Below are positions 54,801-64,000 of a DNA stretch of 64,000 bases, piece after piece. This stretch comes from Tubiluchus corallicola. Lineage: Eukaryota; Animalia; Priapulida. Below the pieces are notes generated by a model. That model ran no database searches. It had not been told where the DNA came from and saw only the letters and a program-made list of their open reading frames with translations. Both the position numbers and the translations under genes were made by a program. Each line of letters begins with the position of its first letter. Position 1 is the first letter of the stretch. The stretch is from contig JAQGDQ010000694.1 of assembly GCA_030141605.1 (NCBI GenBank), positions 1 through 64,000 of the forward strand, written 5' to 3'.

Positions 54801-55710
54801 AGAAAAGTGGGGCTAGAGATTATTGTGAACAAACCATTAAAAGAACGTGTAATGTGTGTAAATTTTTGTTACTAAGCATTAAAATATGTTCGTTATTTTT
54901 TATTATGTATGTATGTAGTGTTGGATTATAATTTGTAACCATGTCTATTGTATATGATCGTTGTCGTTCAATGTGTCTCATGCGTTGGATTCTAAATTAT
55001 ATAAATATGTGAATAGGTTTAATACGTTGTAAATGCTTTTAGAAATTTTAAACATATCCCTACAAATAGAGGGAATGTATTCTGTACATAGTTTTAAAAA
55101 AGAGAATTATAATAATAATAATAATAATAAAAGAACAAGAGATTCTTAGTTTCTCTTTTTAAACTAGTTTCCACCTGTCATTTCTTAAAATGACTAGGTG
55201 TTGTACTAATAATACAATATTAGGCATTAAAATACTTGCAAAATAATTTTACAGTGACACACTTCGTAGAAGGAGCAACTACATATAACAAAACCACTCA
55301 AAGAAAAGAAACAGTCATCCACAAACTGTTCAAAAGTTTGAAATTTCATTTCACATGTTAAAATTTTAAAGTTTTTAAATGCATGTACATTTTGTTTTGC
55401 AACAGTCCTGTCATGACGCTCTAGTCTCCATATAAAAAGTACTTCAAAAGGACCATTTTTGATTCATACTTGTCTGAATGCTTCCATGTCTCATGCAGTC
55501 GCAATATATGGCCTCCAATCAATTATAATGCTATTTTAATATAGCTCTATGTAAATTAAACATACACTGTGGTCGTTTCTTCTCCTCTTTCCTTCTTACT
55601 ATCCCTAATTTTACTATTTTTCCCATTCCATCATTTCTTCTGACCCTAACCATCCTTTCATTCTCTCATTTCTGCCACCCTAACAAGCCAAGCTTTCAAG
55701 GTGTCATACA

Positions 55711-56020
55711 GCAACTCTTTTATTTGGTTAATTTGACTTCATCAACGTTTTTTTACCTATACTGTTTCTTTTTTTCAATAATACTGTATGTTGACGTATT
55801 GTATATGTATTACCGGAGTGAAATAAATTGATTGATTGATTGATTGATTGATTGATGCAACTCTTTTATTTGGTTAATTTGACTTCATCAACGTTTTTTT
55901 ACCTATACTGTTTCTTTTTTTCAATAATACTGTATGTTGACGTATTGCATATGTATTACTGGAGTGAAATAAATTGATTGATTGAGTGATTGATTGATTA
56001 ATTAATTAATTGATTGATTG
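55711..56020. repeat. Tandem duplication (~146 bp) ending in (ATTG)n, resembling a duplicated retroposon tail
   Basis: GCAACTCTTTTATTTGGTTAATTTGAC...GGAGTGAAATAAATTGATTGATTG occurs twice. Confidence 0.85.
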
Positions 56021-59000
56021 ATATAACAAAAGTAAAATGGGTGAAATACAAATTAATGATGCTACAATAAGCACTGTGGCAATGATGATTGTACTATACT
56101 CAGCTAATTATAACCGACATGTGTTACATTTCACACGTGCCCAAACGGCTGGACATACTCAAGTACGAAACATTTAGCAACTCGTTGGTTTGATCACTTC
56201 TCTTCAACACAGCTGTCAAACGCCACACGATTACTTAAAGACATGACATTTGAAGCTGAGGACTTGCGAGTGCCAAGCAGCAACATTGAGCATCTGTATA
56301 ATGTTCAGTCTATAGCCAGCATAACCTCAAACTGCATACTCCAATGACTGCACTGACCATTGTAATAAAATAACTGACAAACTGGTGCAGTTTTGCAATG
56401 CTGTCACAGTGCCATGACTTAATGAAATCCCCCCTTTTAAATACAGTGTAGGAAGAGATAGAAACTACCTGCCAAAGTTTTACAGTCCATCGAAGGAAAC
56501 TCCCACATAAGCGATCCAGTGGCATACAGGAAATGCCTGACGTTATATGTTTATATGTTACTTTTGAAAACTTTACAAATTGCACAAACCTTTCTTGGAA
56601 TTCTTGCAAACAATCCAGTGGGCGCAATTTTAAAAACCGGAGTTTTACGTGAATTTTTTGAACCTGCAAGGGCTTTTAGGTTTCGAAGTGATACACAGTA
56701 GTGTCATTACTACTGACACACTTTACACATTGATATCAGTTTAGATAAGATAATTCGCATTCCTTAACTCAGTTTAAATACAATATACATGTAGACATCT
56801 ATAAATATGCACTATGTAGCTACCTTGTTTTCGATAAGTATCCGAGCTGATGATATTATTACATTCTAGAATCTAGAGGGCCGCAGACCATGGCAAGTTA
56901 GTGTGTAAAATGCCTTAAAGCTGATAAGCCAATTACTAGCGGGAAAAAAACTGACCAATGGCTCGCCTACCTAAGCTATTTTCATTTGTCTTAAAGCAGA
57001 ACTGGACCCAGTAGGTCAACACAATCTCCTTTTTAAAATATTGACTATTTTTTTCAAAAATGACTTACGCGAAAGAATCATTACCACACAAACACATTTC
57101 ACGTTCGCGCGACTAGAATTCCGCTGTTACATGCATTTCGCCATTCGTTAGCTAGATGGACACTAGCGACACTTTCGGAAACGCATTGTCATCAATTGTT
57201 GGGCTCGCCGGCTGTTAATTAAGTTTTTAATGTATTATTTAATTTTAAGAAACGCTTTTGCAGTATTAATTGTGTTAAAATGTACACCTTTTATCGGACT
57301 TGAAAATGGGGTAGTATATGAAAAATCATCCTGTCTTCCTTTAACGTAAATTTCTTTCAGGAATCTGATTGTCTAGAGTCTTGAATTGACTTCAAGATAA
57401 ATCTACTAAATTATTCCGCAATATTTTATATTTAATCGAGCAAATCTTACTAAATTATTCCGCAATATTTTTTTATTTAATCGAGCAAATGCATATCGAT
57501 AATTATTTATTAGCCTCAAACCCATAAAATGCTCTAGGTTTTGCAATCACTAATAATATTGGTTCAAAGAAATCAGAGCAATTTGAAAAAACAGGCGGAC
57601 ACACAGAGCTCGCGTGCCGTCTAATCTCCTTCACTCCCCAGAAATAAACCGTAGTTAAGGGGAGTCTACGGTTTATAAAAATAATACTTGTTATCTTTCA
57701 CCACTAAAGCTAAGTGACCGAAAACGTTAAGACGCAGCTGCCGAGGCGAACGTCGTAAGAAAATCGCAACTAATCCTACCCCCTGCCAGACAAGATATGC
57801 CAAACTATAAACAAAGAATTGACACATACCGAATCGTACGACAAGAACCTTCAAACACCAAGCCAAAAGGCCATCAAGTACAGAAGCATATAGAATTTCA
57901 TGGCATGCCGTCTCGGCCTGGGTAGGGCCAAACTAGTGTCCTCGTGTGATATTCTATACCGTCTCGGAGATCTTTGCTAGAGCTCACAAAACTGTTTAGC
58001 AGAAATGGCCTCCGACAAAGAGATAATAGCCCGAGATTGAGACGTAAATACGGATCAGATCTCGAGCGTAAAATCGTCTTAATGTGAAACCAAGTTAAAC
58101 AAAACTCGGATTTAGCCAAAACAAACGGGTTAAGAAGTGTGGCATGGTAATGCTTTTAATCTTTACGGATGTCATCGCTTTTCCGCAAAAAAGAATTAGG
58201 GTTTTTAACATGTTTTATTCTTCCCATAAGTTATCTTGTACGCTCATGGCTTACAGCATTGATAGTCATTACTACTGGTATAATGCACATTTCTTCTACA
58301 TACTACTGTGCAGTGTTCAGTTCTATAATTTCACTTTAAAACTCGATTAGTACCAGTGTGTTTTTCCAAATTAAAAACTTTTTCTAAGCTATATTCGCCG
58401 TCAGGCAATAGTCAACGGAATGAGTTTACAATCCCCCCCCCACACACACACACACACAATTTAAAAACCTAACCCCGTCACGAACTAATTTCTTGTGTAG
58501 AATTGTAAACTTTAGCAAAATAAACAATATGATTAACAAGCTACTGCACAGGAAATAATAACATTGTTTAACTTGATAGGATTTTATTGATCATGAACTT
58601 TTTTGTATAAATTCACAGTATCAAATATTTTGACTATAATTTCAGATGAAATGGTGGTTAGCTGTGCCTTCTATAATGTACGCACAGCGCCTAAACAACG
58701 ACACTATTTAAAAATTCAGGTTCCATCGTAAATATATGGAACCCACAAGTCGTGATATAATTGTGCACATGTACCCTAGGTTCTATCAGACCCTAACACG
58801 AGTACTTGTTTGAGAAAATCTCTAATAATACGTGCATGCTTGAATAGTTTATACAGTTACATATGCTGCATTATTTGAACATGACAAGGTCAGCATGAAT
58901 GGTATTTACTCTACAATAGCTTGTCATATGCGCTTCAAATATGTACAGTAGACTAACATAATTTCAACAGAGCCAGTTCCAATAGCGCTAGTAAATAAAA

Positions 59001-59043
59001 CGGAGTTGAACCAAATGATAAAAAGGATGCACACTGTCAAAAT

Positions 59044-59595
59044 TTGGCAGATTTGAAAAAATCATTATCACCTTACTCAAAACTCACAAAAGTTTTTGAA
59101 AATAGGAAGATTTCTTTGGAAACAAAAATTAGAATATTCTCAGCCTTAGTTGAAACTGTATTTCTGTATAACTCTGAGTTCTGGACATTTAAAGCAAATC
59201 ATAAAGCTGAAATCGATGCGTTTCAAAGGCGAAATTACATAAACATTTTGGGTATTAGATGGCCAAAGAAAATTTCAAACAAAGATCTAAATGAAAAAAT
59301 AAAAGAAGAACTTTGGACAAGAAAAATAAAAAGACGCCGTTTAAGATGGATTGGGCACATGCTTAGACTACCTAATGATATTCCAGTGAAGATAGCTCTT
59401 CAACAAGCCATAGAACCAGCTAAAAAACCTGCAGGAGGACAAATGTTAATATATTTAGATTTTGCACAGAAAGATTTAAACACTTCTGCATTGATCCTTA
59501 GAAATAAATGCACTTGGGGCATTGCAGCAAGCAGGGAGTCCTGGCATAGGGAGGTGAGCAGAATCATGTCCCTGGAAGTAGGATCCACTGGATGA
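59044..59595 (+). mobile_element. 5'-truncated RTE-clade LINE fragment (post-RT C-terminal region)
   Basis: ISLETKIRIFSALVETVFLYNSEFWT...IDAFQRR..ILGIRWPKKISN...RRLRWIGHMLR is the typical RTE ORF C-terminal signature. Confidence 0.85.
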
Positions 59596-59715
59596 TGGAT
59601 GGAGCAAGTGACAATAAGTTAAGTTTTTAAAGCAATTCTACTTGCTTGTGAAGTCTAAGAGACCAAACCATAACATGTTACTATACTTGTAACTATACTT
59701 GTAACCATAACTTGT

Positions 59716-59749
<34 letters not shown>

Positions 59750-59754
<5 letters not shown>

Positions 59755-60290
59755 CTTTATTTACCATTCAAATACATTGATAATCACTGATAAAAACTTT
59801 ACAGAGATGATCAATCAGTGTTAGTTAACAAAAGCTTACACTGCTAAAGGCAAATGCGTCAGTGCAATATAAACTACTGTGCAGTAATAGAAAGTAACGA
59901 CGAATAAAATCAAACATATTTACAGCTATGCACAAAAAAATGGAAAAAATTGTGATTTAATTAATATGGCCGTGGATATATAAATTCTGAATTAGTGTGC
60001 ATGTTGTCGTACTGGTGTGACGGTATTTCATATCTGGTTAATATTAGTGACTTTAATTTTGTTTTAAATGCTGATAGGGACTTGATTTGTTTAACCTGTG
60101 ATGGTAGAAAATTCCAAAGTAGAATTGCTTGCTTGATTACAGAGTTCATTCCATAGTGGGTATTTGTCGTAATTTGTTTTAGATTGCTTGTTCTGGAATT
60201 AACAATAGGATATGGAAAAAAGGTAAAGCTGTTATTCTGGAATGGCTTGCTGATGTTGTTAATGTATTTAAATATAAAAAGCAGAGTAAA
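59750..60290 (-). mobile_element. CR1/L2-group LINE 3' fragment
   Basis: ...THYGMNSVIKQAILLWNFLPSQVKQIKSLSAFKTKLK fits the conserved CR1/L2 C-terminus (LWN.LP....S...FK..LK); the 3' UTR runs to a (TA)n tract. Boundaries are approximate. Confidence 0.75.
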
Positions 60291-62325
60291 ATATTCTTTG
60301 TTTGAGTGCAATGAGAGTGGCGCTCTCATTGCCAACTATAAGCTAGCGTCACTAAACCATTCAATGGTATAGATTTAAGCACATTACACAGAAAACTTTA
60401 GCGATGCGCCTCAATTAGGTACTTAAACCGTAAATACATTAATCATAACTACAGCTCACTGCTCAAATTTGAAAATGGAAAACACGCCAAAGGTGATGAG
60501 AAGGGGTCAGCGTGATTACCCGTGTGCATTCATTGTTTACAGGCCCATGCACTGGTTTCACTGCTACCCTGAAGGCTTGATCATAATGCCATTGCACCCA
60601 AACCAATAATCATGTATTCTACCCACCTGCCCTAACTGCCATTCATCCTATCTGACACACACACAACGGTAAGTTCTAAGCCAAACAAATTCCTACAGTA
60701 AAACTGAATCTAACTTCAATGGGCTGCAAAATGACCTGTATCTTAGCAGGCAAATTAGTGTCACTCAGAACAAACATGCGATAACAGAATTACAGAAAAG
60801 TATCTAGATAGTTGTCTATCGTCTGTCTTGCCATTACCCCTCCCACGTTTAGTACTACAGTTCCAACCTGCATAACATTTAGCTAAATAAAATATTAAAC
60901 ACAATGTCTATCAGAAATGTATCTAACAGTTATATAGATAAACTAATTATAATTTGCATACAATGACTGACAGCTACGTATTTCAAATACTAGGTTTTGT
61001 AAATTACATGCCACTTTAAACATAAAAATTGTCAAGTCAAGAAGGCAATCTGTCAGTCTGTGAACTTCATGACATCACATAGCGGGTTTAATCAACGAAA
61101 TTTTAAAGACCCTTAATCAGGCACTTAGCATGCAAAACCATTTACACGAAAACCCCTCACGATAAAAGAATAGAATTTGATTGATCTCATTATTGCATGT
61201 AATCCTTAGCAACCATAGAGAAATCTGCGCAATTTTCGCTTTTCTGATTACATTCATGCTTTATGAGAAAGAGTTAACACCAAACAGGTCACGTAACCTG
61301 TGTAAGCACTTTACAGAACGTTTCAATGGTTATGCTACAACACAATTACAAAAGCTAACAAGCAAAACTAGATGTTTCAATATTTTTTCAGTACTGAGCT
61401 TAATTTCGAATTCATTGTGTATGATGTTTGATCAACACAGAACAGAACTGACATTGTTAAACAATAACAACCAACTGTGTTCAATCTGAAATTCCCACAA
61501 ATCATAGTATGGTTTAGAGCACAATATAAAAAGCGCTGTATATTTTACCAGCATGGAAGTTAAACTAGGTGTTAGAATTGAAGTTATTCTCCCATACCAC
61601 ATAACACAAAAACCCTCATCTTTTGTTCGTTTACAAAATTGATCATGTGAGACTTGTACATTATAAAATATGATTCACCTTCCTATGTTGATGTAAATAA
61701 CTTCGACAAGTTACTTTGAAGGACGGTTCACACTTCAGAAACCCTTGATTTGTGTGCAAACATGGTACAAAAATAATCCAGTTACAAACCTAGTCACTCT
61801 ACCAACTGCCAGCTGACAGGTGTCTTCGTTTGTGTATAATCGCTTTGTAAAGTTTGATAAAATTAGTCTTTATTAATACTTTTTCTCTATTAGTAGCAGT
61901 TTAAACTACCAGCACTTTGCTCGTGAATAATTTTTGAATCCCATCTTAAGCCTACATTAGGCCTACGCATTTCTGAATCTGTACCAACATCTGAATAACT
62001 TTATCGCCTGTAACTTGGTTTGAGAAATACCCATGTATTAGCCAGTACAAGAAATAATTATCTTCAATTATGTGACATAACTAAACCAAAATAATTTAAC
62101 AAGAGACGATATAAACAAACAGCAAAACAACGCGTAAACAGGGTCACCAAGGAGGAATGTTATCTGTTGATATAACTCTGTTGACATTTAAATTTGCACA
62201 ATAAAAGTTTAGCAACGCAAATGCAAACAATTCATATTGACGTTTTGAGTTTTGATAAATGCCGACCGCACAAATTCTCATTATCCTAATTAAGTAAGAG
62301 TGAACGTTAATCAAATTTAAGTTTA

Positions 62326-62490
<165 letters not shown>

Positions 62491-64000
62491 TCAACTGGTT
62501 TGCACACGTGTTGAATTATCATAAAGCAGCATGCCTACTATTTAGCTTAAAATGTCGATATCCACAGAATTCCATTTAGCACTGCACTGAGTTCTCAGTG
62601 AGCCTACAGAAGTAAACTCATCTGTGATGTTAGCTGTTTTGATATCTTTGCAACACAACTGATCAAAAACTTCGAACTCGAACTACTGAGAATGACAAAC
62701 CGCAAACGTTTCCCTGTTTCTGAATCACAGTTTCCAGTAAATCTAAAAAAGTTAAAAATAAAATTGACACAATTAAACATGAAAATCTGATTCTGAAAAC
62801 CATGAAAGGCTGAAAAGAATATCTTAAAGAAAAACAACACTTAAAGTTATGTTTATAAAATAATTTCTACTGCAACGCTATACATTTAACAGCTTTAAGT
62901 GTTATTTTAGACCTAAACAACATTTTTCTTCAATAATGATGCCAATTCGCGATTATGGACTATAGCACAACTGAATTAGGCCCATTTAGTAGGATGAAAA
63001 AATCAAGACCACATAGACATCTATAGCACCAGTACATTTTCGTAACTTTCCAAATGCTTACCACTGATGACAATAGTACTCGCGAAAAAATACACTATTT
63101 ACATTTTTCCTTTCCAAACAATCCATCTGAATCCTGCACCGAAGCTATAAGTTTGAAAATTTATTATCGACCCTATGATTTTGTGTTACTACATTAATAA
63201 GAAGTGCAAGCCCACTTAGTTTCAGATAGCGATACCGATTCAGAAATCACGTCACAAAATGTTAAATCTTGCGCACAAAGTTTCTATGTCAAATAGTGAA
63301 ATATAATGGAGAGCCGCTGTGAAGTGCATATTTCAACGTTACACCTAACAAGCGCGCAAGAATTTTAAACAAGAAATGTACTCACATAACGGAAATCTAC
63401 AGTCACAAAAAACAACACAATACAACCGCCATGCTCATTCCGTCTAACTGATCAATCACATCCGGGTATTTGACAACTTTTCTGCGCAGGTGTTAAAAGC
63501 TACCTGTGCAGGTAAGTTAAACGAGATTTAAAATTAAAAATCGCGAGAACCAGTTGAATTTTCATGCGAACTTAATGTTAGCAAACGAAAAGGGACAACG
63601 AACAATGAGCATGACTGCTGGTAGAAGCAACTTCTTATCGAAAACAATAATATTTAAGTTAGCAACCACCAACTATAAATCGGTTGGTGTTGTGGCGACC
63701 TCTGTGGTCAATTTTTCTAACCAACTTTATTGACTTTAGTAGACCGTTTGTACTCCCAAATTTTAATTACGTTTATCTTTACCACTAACTTTCTTAAGAT
63801 ATATTAATAAAAATACTAATTTTTGCAACTACAGTTTGAGCTTAGAGTTGAAAACTGGTTCAATGGCTAATTATAAAAATAATAAATTAGTCAGATTATG
63901 CGTGGAAATTATGAAACACTCCTGTACCTGCCACTGGTTGCAAGCAACAAACTTCGCAACACATCCCTCAAATATAGAAACGTGTTATATACAATTGTAT

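Overview
AT-rich animal (invertebrate-type) genomic DNA, not prokaryotic. The main feature is the 5' half of a Par-3/bazooka (PARD3) cell-polarity gene on the minus strand. I reconstructed seven coding exons by hand with GT-AG boundaries and matching phases (62487 down to 21181). They encode the N-terminal CR1 oligomerisation domain, the RRGSEP 14-3-3/Par-1 motif and most of PDZ1; I found no further exon in 1-21180. The introns are full of repeats. The largest is a ~3.2-3.8 kb inverted duplication (11063-14841 vs 17011-20190) carrying two convergent copies of an RT-less LINE (ORF1 + APE endonuclease) set in CT/AG microsatellite. There is also a complete 5S-rRNA-headed SINE with an RTE-like body, a predicted pseudoknot and a 9-bp TSD (31755-32307). 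Other repeats are piggyBac-, hAT- and other TIR-type MITEs, several LINE 3' fragments, two minisatellites (25 bp and 30 bp units) and microsatellites. Most supplied ORFs are low-complexity or shadow ORFs. Family assignments come from motif recall only; no database search was run.
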